Shown: positions 33,077-42,715, counted from the first letter of the stretch. The stretch: DNA of 64,000 nt from an uncultured delta proteobacterium (GCA_963808235.1 CAWEEQ010000004.1:2784001-2848000), one strand, 5' to 3'. Notes: generated from the sequence alone by a model not told the origin. Numbers and translations: made by a program.

Positions 33077-33298
33077 GGCAGGTATTACGGAACCTTTAGG
33101 GCCGAAAGTTCGGGAATCTAATGATTGGTAGCGAAAATTTAAGACTCGCGCCAGAGGCGAACGGAGACACGCAAGCTTGACCGCGAACTTGCGGGTGCGC
33201 ACGGAACGGGTTATCTAATCGTGGCGATCGCGTCGGCGATTGCGGACACGATTTTACGGTTTCGACTCCGGAGAACCCTCAAAGAGACTGGCGACACG

Positions 33299-33877
33299 AT
33301 GCGAATTATTGCGGGAGAGGCGCACGGACGGCGGCTTAAAGCGCCGCGCGGCCTGCACACGCGGCCGACTTCGGCGCGAGCGCGCGAATCGATCTTCTCG
33401 CGACTGGCGGTGCGGATGGATTTCACCGGCGTCCGCGTACTCGACATTTTCGCCGGCAGCGGCTCACTCGGAATCGAATCGCTCTCGCGCGGCGCTGCGC
33501 ATGTGACGTTTGTGGATTCATCGCGCGATGCCGCGACCGCAATTCGCGCTAATCTGGCCGCGCTTGGGTTTGCCGATCACGCCCGCCTGATCGTATCCGA
33601 CGTGCGGCGCGCACTTGGCAGTCTCGGCGGATTGCACGAGACGTTCGACCTCGTTTTCGTCGATGCGCCCTTCAAGGACGACATCAGCGCGCAGGTTCTG
33701 ACTCTGCTAGGCAGTTTCGAACTGCTCGCGCCCAACGGATGGGTAGTTGTGGAGCAATCCAAGCGCGCGCCCGAAGCGCCGGACGCTCCGCCCGGCCACG
33801 AACGCACACTGATTGCAACGATCGGCGATCATCGGATCGCATATTATCGGCGGCCTGCCGCGCCGGAAAACAATTGA
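33299..33877 (+). CDS. rsmD: 16S rRNA m2G966 methyltransferase
   Basis: MRIIAG, RPTSARARE, DIFAGSGSLGIESLSRGA; upstream of coaD. Confidence 0.93.
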   Translation: MRIIAGEAHGRRLKAPRGLHTRPTSARARESIFSRLAVRMDFTGVRVLDIFAGSGSLGIESLSRGAAHVTFVDSSRDAATAIRANLAALGFADHARLIVSDVRRALGSLGGLHETFDLVFVDAPFKDDISAQVLTLLGSFELLAPNGWVVVEQSKRAPEAPDAPPGHERTLIATIGDHRIAYYRRPAAPENN

Positions 33878-33890
33878 CGGCCAAAACGAG

Positions 33891-34406
33891 ATGACCAACA
33901 AAGCCAAAGAGCGCAGTCCGCTGCTCGCGGTTTATCCCGGCAGCTTCGATCCGATTCACAACGGCCACGTCGATGTGATCCGGCGCAGCGTCGCGATCTT
34001 CGACGAAGTGATCGTCGCCGTCACCTACAATCCGCACAAGGAAGGCGCGCTCTTCACCGGCGACGAGCGCGTCGAAATGATCCGCGAGGTCATCCGCGAC
34101 CTCGAACCGCGCGCCCGGGTCGATAAATTCAGCGGACTGTCGGTGGATTACGCGGAACGAATCGGCGCCAAGGTGCTGATCCGATCTTTGCGCGCGGTTA
34201 CCGATTTCGACTATGAGCTGCAGATGGCCCAGATGAACAAGCAGATGAGCCCCGGCGTCGAGACGGTCTTCATGTTCTCGAATCCGCGCCTGTTTTTCAG
34301 CTCCTCGCACCTCATCAAAGAAGTCGCCGGCTACGGCAAGCGGCTCCCGGAGCTGGTCCCCGAGCTCGTCATCGAACGCCTGCGCGCAAAACTGAAAGTC
34401 CGCTAA
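33891..34406 (+). CDS. coaD: Phosphopantetheine adenylyltransferase
   Basis: YPGSFDPIHNGH, DFDYELQMA. Confidence 0.96.
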   Translation: MTNKAKERSPLLAVYPGSFDPIHNGHVDVIRRSVAIFDEVIVAVTYNPHKEGALFTGDERVEMIREVIRDLEPRARVDKFSGLSVDYAERIGAKVLIRSLRAVTDFDYELQMAQMNKQMSPGVETVFMFSNPRLFFSSSHLIKEVAGYGKRLPELVPELVIERLRAKLKVR

Positions 34407-34533
34407 CGCCGGCTCGTCCGCCTTGCATCGGGACTTTTTTCGCGGGCGGTTCTTTCAAACCGTAGGTCAAGATACAATCTCGTCGACCGCATTCACGAAC
34501 TGATGATTTCGATTTTGATTTTGGATTTTAATC

Positions 34534-35733
34534 ATGCAGAAGCTTAACCGCAGAATTTCCGCTATCAAGCCATCCGCAACCCTCGCCGCCGACGCGCGCG
34601 CGACCGAAATGAAGCTCGCCGGTGTCGATGTGATCTCGCTCGCGGCTGGTGAGCCGGATTTCGACACCCCCGAACGAATCAAGCAGGCCGCGAGCAAGGC
34701 GCTGGCGGCAGGCCAGACCAAGTACACCGCCGTCGGCGGAACCGCGGCGCTGAAGAACGCAATCAAGCTGAAGCTCAAGCGCGACAACCAGCTCGATTAC
34801 GAAGCGGGCGAAATTATCGCGTCGGCTGGCGCCAAGCAGGCTGAGGCCAACGTTATCAACGCGCTGTTCGACGAGGGCGACGAGGTGATCATCCCGACCC
34901 CCGCGTGGGTGAGTTTCGCCGCGATGGTCTCGCTGTCCGGCGCCGAGCCGAAATTCGTGCCGTGTCCCGAAGCGACCGGTTTTATGCTCGAGCCCGACGC
35001 ACTGCGCCGCGCGATTACGCCGCGCACTCGCGGAATCATGCTCAACTCGCCGTCGAATCCAACCGGCGCGGTCTATGGCGCCGAACAACTCTCCGCAATC
35101 GCAAGCGTGCTGGTCGACGCAAACATCTGGGTGATGTCCGACGACGTTTACGAACACATCGTGTATGCGGGATTCGCGCCGCACATCTTCCATCTAGAGC
35201 CGCGCCTCAAAGCAAAAGGAATCGTATTCAACTCGCTATCCAAAACCTACGCGATGACGGGATGGCGAATCGGATTTGCCGCGGGTCCGAAAGAGGCGAT
35301 CGCAGCCGCCGGCCGCTTGCAGAGCCAGAACAGCGGCAATCCCAATTCGATCGCGCAGGCCGCCGCGATCGAGGCGCTGACCGGCCCGCAGGACGAGCTC
35401 AAGCCGATGCTCGAGGCATTTCGCAAGCGCAACGCCCTGGTAGTCGAGCGCCTGCGCCGGATTCCCGGCTTCAAGCTGCCCAACGTGCCGCAAGGCGCCT
35501 TCTATGCCTTCCCCAACGTCTCCGAATTGCTCGGCAGCACCTTCAACGGCAAACCGATCGATGATGGCGACGCGCTAGCCGCTTATCTATTAGATGAGGC
35601 CCACGTCTCCCTGGTCGGCGGCAACGATTTCGGCGCCCCCAACCACGTAAGAATCTCCTACGCAACCTCAACCGAAAACCTGAACGAAGCCTTCGACCGA
35701 ATCGAGCGCGCCGTAGCAAAGCTCAAGCGCTAG
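34534..35733 (+). CDS. PLP-dependent (aspartate) aminotransferase class I
   Basis: GEPDFDTP, NSPSNPTG, SKTYAMTGWRIG. Confidence 0.95.
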   Translation: MQKLNRRISAIKPSATLAADARATEMKLAGVDVISLAAGEPDFDTPERIKQAASKALAAGQTKYTAVGGTAALKNAIKLKLKRDNQLDYEAGEIIASAGAKQAEANVINALFDEGDEVIIPTPAWVSFAAMVSLSGAEPKFVPCPEATGFMLEPDALRRAITPRTRGIMLNSPSNPTGAVYGAEQLSAIASVLVDANIWVMSDDVYEHIVYAGFAPHIFHLEPRLKAKGIVFNSLSKTYAMTGWRIGFAAGPKEAIAAAGRLQSQNSGNPNSIAQAAAIEALTGPQDELKPMLEAFRKRNALVVERLRRIPGFKLPNVPQGAFYAFPNVSELLGSTFNGKPIDDGDALAAYLLDEAHVSLVGGNDFGAPNHVRISYATSTENLNEAFDRIERAVAKLKR

Positions 35734-35851
35734 CGTTTTTAACTGGTTTCGCGCGCCGATGTCGCGCTCTGCGCACCTTGCGACTCTCGCGCGTCATCCG
35801 CGCGGCATTCATGTCGCCTCGCGGGTGAAGGCGCACGCGACAAGCACTATG

Positions 35852-36283
35852 TCAGCGAACCCGCCACGGGGCCGGCAACTCCCCACTCTCGAGCCAGCGC
35901 GCATAGTCGGCAAGAATCTCCGCATGATCGAACGCCAGCGGAGCGGGCGGAGTGCGAGGATCGAACAGCGCCACTGTCTTGGCATCGTCCGCAGCGCGCG
36001 GCGTCCCCGACGCGCGCGCAACATACACAACCGTAATCGTGTGTCCCCGAGGATCCCGATCAGGCCGCGAATAGACGCCGAGCATCGCGCGAATTTCCAC
36101 CGCCAGCGAAATCTCCTCGCGCGCCTCGCGAACCGCCGCATCCTCGACCGTCTCGCCAAAATCGACGAAGCCACCGGGAATCGCCCACCCATGCGGAAAA
36201 TTCTTACGCTCGATCAAAACGATCTTATCGCCAATCTCCGCGATAATGTCGGCGGCGATCGGCGGGCATTGCGGACGCGGCAT
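35852..36283 (-). CDS. NUDIX hydrolase
   Basis: Nudix box [21 protein letters not shown]; RDPR, LAFDH. Confidence 0.93.
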   Translation of the reverse strand: MPRPQCPPIAADIIAEIGDKIVLIERKNFPHGWAIPGGFVDFGETVEDAAVREAREEISLAVEIRAMLGVYSRPDRDPRGHTITVVYVARASGTPRAADDAKTVALFDPRTPPAPLAFDHAEILADYARWLESGELPAPWRVR

Positions 36284-36345
36284 GTTCCTAATCTAACACG
36301 CGCGCACGCCGCACGCCGACAAGCGCGGAAAGAAATGGAGACGAA
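36281..36345 (-). repeat. ~65-bp promoter+ATG repeat, copy 1 (native NUDIX promoter)
   Basis: Minus strand ...CTTGTCGGCG...CGTGTTAGATTAGGAACATG; extended -10 TGnTAGATT 6 nt before the ATG. Confidence 0.9.
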
Positions 36346-36347
36346 TT

Positions 36348-36383
36348 GATCAATCGCGGAAAACGCGAGCGCCTCCCGTTTTG
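36348..36383 (+). repeat. 36-bp direct repeat (left island boundary; partner 45837-45871)
   Basis: GATCAATCGCGGAAAACGCGAGCGCCTCCCGTTTTG vs GATCAAGCGCGGAGAACGCGAGCGCCTCCC-TTTTG. Confidence 0.8.
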
Positions 36384-36394
36384 TCCAGCCCAGC

Positions 36395-36577
36395 GCTTGG
36401 GACACCGCTGCTGCCGGAAGGCGCGGCGATGGCGTTGCCCGGCGGGCCGCCGCCGGAACCGTTACTGCTGGTCTGGCCCTGCTCAGACAATGAGCGCACG
36501 AGCTGCGGACTGTAGAATTGGCCGCCGCCGCTATAGTACAGCGGCCCCGGATCGCCAGGTTCCTTCTCGCGGCCCTC
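36395..36577 (-). pseudogene. RHS-core-like fragment A (no tip)
   Basis: GREKEPGDPGPLYYSGGGQFYSPQLVRSLSEQGQ shared with copies B-E. Confidence 0.8.
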
Positions 36578-36673
36578 GCGCATCGCAAACAATAGTCGGC
36601 ACAACAAGAACAAGGGCGACTGGTTAGCTCGATGAGCCGGTGATGGTATCCGCACCGACTGCCCGCGCCGCCA

Positions 36674-36946
36674 TCAGCGGCGACGACTTGGCCGCCGCCC
36701 AAAAGGATTCCGCAAGCGCCATCCGACCGCCGCCAAGGCTCGAAATATCCACCAGGCCAGGCGGAGGTGCCCTTGCCCGGGATGGTTGCTCACGATTTCA
36801 AGCGATTTTTCAATACACTCATCGCATATCGTGCTTCCTCCATCCGCACGAATGATCACCACGACATCCTGTTCTGAGTTCCCGCAGAAGCTACACCGCA
36901 TTTGAGAAGTGGAGCCATCTGGTTCGGTCGATGTTTGCTTCATCAC
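36674..36946 (-). CDS. ClpX-type C4 zinc-finger small protein; candidate immunity for tip B
   Basis: CSFCG..TICDECI; starts 2 nt after the tip B stop. Confidence 0.7.
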   Translation of the reverse strand: MMKQTSTEPDGSTSQMRCSFCGNSEQDVVVIIRADGGSTICDECIEKSLEIVSNHPGQGHLRLAWWIFRALAAVGWRLRNPFGRRPSRRR

Positions 36947-36947
36947 T

Positions 36948-38015
36948 CTAATTCTGTGGCTCAGGTCCGCACACTTGTGGCCTCGGACCGGTCAGGAAGT
37001 GCTCATCGAACATAGCGCAAAGCGCTGAAATAGTAATGACGACAGGCCCAATATCCGTGATTATTCCGGCTGCTGGAGGAAAAAAGGGTCGCCTCCGGCA
37101 TTTGTTCAGGTTGTATACCTTCCCCTTTCCCATCGGTTCTCCCAGATGATCCGGCCGCTGATAGTATTCTGGCTTGTTCTTATCGTACGGAACAACCTTG
37201 TCGGCTGCCAAGACGACCTCACCCGAAACTTCTTCCAGGGGCTTGATGTTTCCTGGCGGCCCCGCTGGGGCGAATCCAAGTTGCTGCGAAGGCAAGTCCA
37301 GTACGGGCGAGCCCTCCGTCGGAATCAGATCCTCGGAGACGCCTATGATTTTCGGATACAGCGGGTGGCGGCGGGAGAGCAACTGGCGCGGAGTTTCAGA
37401 CGAACTGCCGCCGCCGAAAATATCCTCGAAAAAGTTCACCACAAAATCGACTGCGCCACCGATGATCGCCAGCGGCGGTGCAAGGGCTATCGCCACCTCG
37501 GGGTTGCCAAGGGCGAGTCCGAGCACCCAGGCACCCGCGTATATATCCGTACCCACTTGAAGCGCTTGCTGCGTGTCATTGTAGACGCTCTGCGGCGATA
37601 AACCGCCACTCGAACCCGATGGAGGCGAGATCGCCCTTCCCGCCGGGCCGCCGCCGGAACCGTTACTGCTGGTCTGACCCTGCTCCGACAACGAGCGCAC
37701 CAACTGCGGACTGTAGAACTGGCCACCGCCGCTATAGTACAGCGGCCCCGGATCGCTAGGTTCCTTCTCGCGGCCCTGGTACAGGAACGGCCAAGTGTTC
37801 CCCGCGGGGTTCTCGGTCGGATTCCCCGACGGATCATAGGTGTAGGTCGTCGTCGGCTGAGACTGGGTCGAGGTTGAACTCACCAGCGCGATGGTCGAGC
37901 CGGACGCATCGATCAGCGGCACCCAAGGTGCCCCGATTGCCAAGCCCTGCGTACGAACCCGCCATGGCCCGCCGCCGGGACAGGCCCCTGATCGGTTAGT
38001 CCAGCCAATCATCAT
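36948..38015 (-). pseudogene. Orphan RHS-like fragment B with unique C-terminal tip
   Basis: WVPLIDASGS..YTYDPSGN..FLYQGREKE core; degenerate 5' end; unique tail after LIPTEG. Confidence 0.8.
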
Positions 38016-38076
38016 AGAGGATATGAGATCGCAGAGAATGCGAGCACTTAGAGCACCAGAGGGTAGTGACGTGCAT

Positions 38077-38532
38077 TCACGTACCAGAGGCTCCTCCTGA
38101 AGAGCGCGACCGTTCGTTTTGGCGACGAGAGGCCATTCTGAGTCTGACTACCACCCACACCCAGAAACCTGCAAACCAGACTACAATCGCCACGGCTGTC
38201 ACATATGCAGACGTCCAAAATAATTTCCCGGCAGTATCGACCTCGATTTCGACGACAAAGATGCCGATCGCGGCCAAGACACTGCCAGTACCGACCGACC
38301 ACACTATCAGGTGGCGCAAAACTGGCCCCCACTCGGGCCCACGGGCTACTGAAAGCGCGATGGGTATTGAGATACCTACTAAGACGAGAACTTCTACTAG
38401 TGACGCCAGAGCCTTGGGCCAGCCCTGCGGCGCGGCCAGTTCGTATCGGGAACACATGAAGGCGATCGCCATGATTGCAAATCCCAGTGATACAGAGAAA
38501 AAAAGTCGCAACCAATATCGCCTATTGACCAC
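38077..38532 (-). CDS. 4-TM membrane protein; candidate immunity for tip C
   Basis: Four hydrophobic segments; start overlaps the tip C stop; lower GC. Confidence 0.7.
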   Translation of the reverse strand: MVNRRYWLRLFFSVSLGFAIMAIAFMCSRYELAAPQGWPKALASLVEVLVLVGISIPIALSVARGPEWGPVLRHLIVWSVGTGSVLAAIGIFVVEIEVDTAGKLFWTSAYVTAVAIVVWFAGFWVWVVVRLRMASRRQNERSRSSGGASGT

Positions 38533-39411
38533 AGCTTCGCTCCAGCTCCTTGAATTCGGTGGCACACTGGTTGATCAGCAGCACCTCTGAGGCAGCTGTC
38601 GGCGGACCCATTGTTGCGCCGACAATAACAGCGCACGTTCCAGCCGAAGCGGGCCCTGCCGGGAACTCGCCAGCGGTGGCGCACGCTTCTAGCCCGATCC
38701 CCAGACCGCTACCCACCTCGGCAAAATGGAGTCCACATCTGAGAGTCAACTCGACTTCCTCAGCTGCGCAGATGGCTTGACGCGACGATTGCTGCTTGTT
38801 CTCAGCCTTCTGCAGGGGAGGCGTGCGGCAGGGCTGCGGGTCTCCGCAGAATTCCGGCTTCCCCGATGGCGCTCCGTCGGAATCAGACCCTCGGAGACGC
38901 CTATGATTTTCGGATACAGCGGGTGGCGGCGGGAGAGCAACTGGCGCGGAGTTTCAGACGAACTGCCGCCAAAGATATCCTCGAAAAAGTTCACCAGAAA
39001 ATCGATTGCGCCACCGATAAGAGCCAGCGGCGCCACGAAGGGTGGTGCCTCTGGTCCCAGAAAGTATGCGAGCAGGCTGGCGCCCAGATATATATCCGTA
39101 CCCACTTGAAGCGCCTGCTGCGTGTCATTATAGACGCTCTGCGGCGATAAACCGCCGCTCGAACCCGATGGAGGTGAGATCGCCCTTCCCGGCGGGCCGC
39201 CGCCGGAACCGTTACTGCTGGTCTGGCCCTGCTCCGACAATGAGCGCACGAGCTGCGGACTGTAGAATTGGCCGCCGCCGCTATAGTACAGCGGCCCCGG
39301 ATCGCTAGGTTCCTTCTCGCGGCCCTGGTACAGGAACGGCCAACTGTTCGAGCTGCCGTTCACCGTAGGATTCCCGGACGGATCGTATGTGTAGGTCGTC
39401 GCCGGCGGCAT
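38522..39411 (-). pseudogene. RHS-like fragment C (captured ATG; 1-bp deletion ~38872) with Cys-rich tip
   Basis: MPPATTYTYD...LIPTE, then shifted frame APSGKPEFCGDPQPC...NQCATEFKELERSCGQ*. Confidence 0.8.
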
Positions 39412-39473
39412 GTTCCTAATCTAACACGCACGCACGCCGCGCGCCGACAAGCGCGCGACGAATCGGAGACGAA
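39409..39473 (-). repeat. ~65-bp promoter+ATG repeat, copy 2
   Basis: CATGTTCCTAATCTAACACGCACGCACGCCGCGCGCCGACAAGCGCG...GGAGACGAA. Confidence 0.9.
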
Positions 39474-39648
39474 CTACGCGCCGAGTCTGCGATGACTCAG
39501 CGCCCGCATTCAGATGTTTCACGATATTTTGCAGTTTCCGCATCATGTCAACAAGCGAATTTGCGCATCTGAAGGCGAGATAAAAATTCGTCTTTTGCTT
39601 AGCGCGCGATGTCGTTGTCGCGGATGCTGGCGGCATAGCCGCTGCTCG

Positions 39649-40065
39649 TTACTGGCCAGCGCTTGGGCTATGTCGGCGTCCATGGCGCGCGATGCCCACC
39701 ATTCCAAGGGTTACGGCCATCGGAAAGGCGATGCCACTTACCACGAAGAGATAGAGTGGCATCATCGCACCAGGCCACAGCGCTAACACGATCGAGCCGA
39801 GCCCTGCGCTGGCACAGCCAACAACCGGGCCAAGTACCACTGCTAACCGAGCTCTCGGTGAGAGATCGGGCCTTAGCACAAGCGCCCTGATAGACAAAGC
39901 AGTCATCCCGAACAGGCCAAATCCCAGAGCGAGCTGCAGGAACTTCGGCAGAGCAGCATGGGCTCCAGCGACATGCCACGCGAAGAGTGACAATACCAAA
40001 ACGAAAGAGGCTGCCACGAACAGTAGGAGGAGCCAAGACTTCGGTGAATGCTTAACGGGGCTCAT
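39649..40065 (-). CDS. 4-TM membrane protein; candidate immunity for tip D
   Basis: TGATG overlap with the tip D stop; four hydrophobic helices. Confidence 0.72.
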   Translation of the reverse strand: MSPVKHSPKSWLLLLFVAASFVLVLSLFAWHVAGAHAALPKFLQLALGFGLFGMTALSIRALVLRPDLSPRARLAVVLGPVVGCASAGLGSIVLALWPGAMMPLYLFVVSGIAFPMAVTLGMVGIARHGRRHSPSAGQ

Positions 40066-40900
40066 CACTTGCAGCTCTGGTAATAGTTATAGAAGCACCC
40101 GGTTTCGCCGATCTTTTTGGGAATCTCCATCGCGAGTGCACCGGTACAAGCCAAGGGGCCGAACTCCTCAGAACCAAATTCGCACGCATAGATAGCCACG
40201 CTTTCCGGAATGTCTGGAGCTGCTTCCAGGACCCCGAGGCATTTCCGGAGTTCTCCGCGCGCCTGTTGGCACTTCTGACTTTTCTGCTGTTGTGGATTCC
40301 CAGGGGTTTCCTTCCGCAGGGGAGGCGTGCCGCAGGGTTGAGGGTCTCCGCAGAATTCTGGCTTCCCCGATGGCGCTCCGTCGGAATCAGACCCTCGGAG
40401 ACGCCTATGATTTTCGGATACAGCGGGTGGCGGCGGGAGAGCAACTGGCGCGGAGTTTCAGACGAACTGCCGCCGCCGAAAATATCCTCGAAAAAGTTCA
40501 CCACAAAATCGACTGCGCCACCGATGATCGCCAGCGGCGGTGCAAGGGCTATCGCCACCTCGGGGTTGCCAAGGGCGAGTCCGAGCACCCAGGCACCCGC
40601 GTATATATCCGTACCCACTTGAAGCGCCTGCTGCGTGTCATTATAGACGCTCTGCGGCGATAAACCGCCGCTCGAACCCGATGGAGGTGAGATCGCCCTT
40701 CCCGACGGGCCGCCGCCGGAACCGTTACTGCTGGTCTGGCCCTGCTCCGACAATGAGCGCACGAGCTGCGGACTGTAGAATTGGCCGCCGCCGCTATAGT
40801 ACAGCGGCCCCGGATCGCTAGTTTCCTTCTCGCGGCCCTGGTACAGGAACGGCCAACTGTTCGAGCTGCCGTTCACCGTAGGATTCCCGGCTGGATCATA
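40065..40900 (-). pseudogene. Start-less RHS-like fragment D (1-bp deletion ~40376) with Cys-rich tip
   Basis: Begins YDPAGN 4 nt after the previous stop; shifted tip ...KCQQARGELRKC...GCFYNYYQSCK*. Confidence 0.8.
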
Positions 40901-40904
40901 AGCC

Positions 40905-41300
40905 CTAAGCTCTGAGCGCCCTATATGCCGACCCTCCGGAGTAGCACATAAGCGCAACCGCTGGGCCAAATAGAGAAAATAACACAAAGTAGCTGGCTCG
41001 CTCCATGGTCACGAAAACCAGCAGAGCCAGCAATGCCTGCCAAATCGTTAAGCATTGCACCTGTCTTCTCACCGCCATGGAGCGCCTGATCTGCTCCGGA
41101 AAATCGGTCCAACTGATGGCGAACAGAAGTACCGCGTTCGAAAACAGGACGACGTCCCAGCGAAGCACGGGGGTAGCGGCTTGAAGCCAGTTCGACCCCA
41201 GAACAAAGATGCAAGCTATTACTCCAACTATGCTGGCTAGGAGGAACGCCGAAAGGCCGACGGCAAGCAGCTTTTCTGACTTAGGACTGAGTGTTAACAT
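40905..41300 (-). CDS. 4-TM membrane protein; candidate immunity for tip E
   Basis: MLTLSPKSEKLLAV...; starts 10 nt after the tip E stop; hydrophobic. Confidence 0.72.
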   Translation of the reverse strand: MLTLSPKSEKLLAVGLSAFLLASIVGVIACIFVLGSNWLQAATPVLRWDVVLFSNAVLLFAISWTDFPEQIRRSMAVRRQVQCLTIWQALLALLVFVTMERASYFVLFSLFGPAVALMCYSGGSAYRALRA

Positions 41301-41310
41301 CTTTGGTCTT

Positions 41311-42579
41311 CTACTGCCCTTGGTTTGGAACAGGACCCCTCGCACCGGGACCCAGCCAAGAATTGGGAAACGCCGCACCATAGCAGAGCCCTATCCCGCC
41401 GAAGTAAGAGCCGCAGAGAACCGCGGCCTCTACACAGGCAGGGATGGCACCGCCTGCGCACCCGACGCCCGTGATGACGCACCCACCCGTCAACTCCGGG
41501 TTGAACGCGGTAAACACTCCACCGCAAGCAAAGAAAAGCCCCAGTCCCGTCTGCGGCTGCGCCGAAGGAGGCGCCTTGCGGTATTCTGGTTGCGAGTTGT
41601 CCTTGCCAAGCGGGCGCTTGCGGCAGGGCTGCGGGTCTCCGCAGAATTCCGGCTTCCCCGAGGGCGCTTCGTCCGGAATCAGATCCTCGGAGACGCCTAT
41701 GATTTTCGGATACAGCGGGTGGCGGCGGGAGAGCAACTGGCGCGGAGTTTCAGACGAACTGCCGCCAAAGATATCCTCGAAAAAGTTCACCAGAAAATCG
41801 ATTGCGCCACCGATAAGAGCCAGCGGCGCCACGAAGGGTGGTGCCTCTGGTCCCAGAAAGTATGCGAGCAGGCCGGCGCCCAGATATATATCCGTACCCA
41901 CTTGAAGCGCCTGCTGCGTGTCATTGTAAACGCTCTGCGGAGATAAGCCGCCACTCGAACCCGATGGAGGCGAGATCGCCCTTCCCGACGGGCCGCCGCC
42001 GGAACCGTTACTGCTGGTCTGACCCTGCTCCGACAATGAGCGCACGAGCTGCGGATTGTAGAATTGGCCGCCGCCACTATAGTATAGCGGGGCCGGATCG
42101 CTAGGTTCCTTCTCGAGGCCCTGGTACAGGAACGGCCAAGTGTTCCCCGTGGGGTTCTCGGTCGGATTCCCAGACGGATCATAGGTGTAGGTCGTCGTCG
42201 GTGAAGACCCGGTCGAGGCCGCATTCACCAGCGCGATAGTCGATCCTGATGCATCGATCAGCGGCACCCAGGTGGTCATGGTTCCCCCAATCGTATTGGA
42301 GCCGGCCAGCGCCCCGCCGCCGGGGAGATTCAAAAAATCCCAGGAATTTCCTGAACTGTCCCACCATCCCAGAACCGAACCGCCATCGTGCAGAAAATAC
42401 TGGATATCGAAACCTGTCGCTTCCTCCCGCCGTCCCAGCCCATCGTATACCTCAGACGGTATGCCGGCGTTAGCCAACTGGTTACGCGCAGTCCAGGTAA
42501 ACGACAATCCGCTCGCCGGATCATACGTGAGGCTGCTTTCCTTGTTGGTCATCGAGGATACCCCGTTCCAACGCGGCAT
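41311..42579 (-). CDS. RHS-like fragment E, intact frame from the captured ATG, hydrophobic Cys-rich tip
   Basis: YD repeats (LTYDP, FTWTARNQL, VYDGLGRR), core, tip GGCVITGVGCAGGAIPACVEAAVLCG. Confidence 0.82.
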   Translation of the reverse strand: MPRWNGVSSMTNKESSLTYDPASGLSFTWTARNQLANAGIPSEVYDGLGRREEATGFDIQYFLHDGGSVLGWWDSSGNSWDFLNLPGGGALAGSNTIGGTMTTWVPLIDASGSTIALVNAASTGSSPTTTYTYDPSGNPTENPTGNTWPFLYQGLEKEPSDPAPLYYSGGGQFYNPQLVRSLSEQGQTSSNGSGGGPSGRAISPPSGSSGGLSPQSVYNDTQQALQVGTDIYLGAGLLAYFLGPEAPPFVAPLALIGGAIDFLVNFFEDIFGGSSSETPRQLLSRRHPLYPKIIGVSEDLIPDEAPSGKPEFCGDPQPCRKRPLGKDNSQPEYRKAPPSAQPQTGLGLFFACGGVFTAFNPELTGGCVITGVGCAGGAIPACVEAAVLCGSYFGGIGLCYGAAFPNSWLGPGARGPVPNQGQ

Positions 42580-42640
42580 GTTCCTAATCTAACACGCACA
42601 CACGCCGCGCGCCGACAAGCGCGGAAAGTTGCGTGACGAA
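42577..42640 (-). repeat. ~65-bp promoter+ATG repeat, copy 3
   Basis: ACGCGGCATGTTCCTAATCTAACACGCACACACGCCGCGCGCCGACAAGCGCGGAAAG. Confidence 0.9.
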
Positions 42641-42715
42641 TCCTCTGCTTGCGAGGCTGCGAGTTGACTGCCAGAGTTTACCAATTCGACTCTATTCGCG
42701 TTGAAGTGGTGACGC

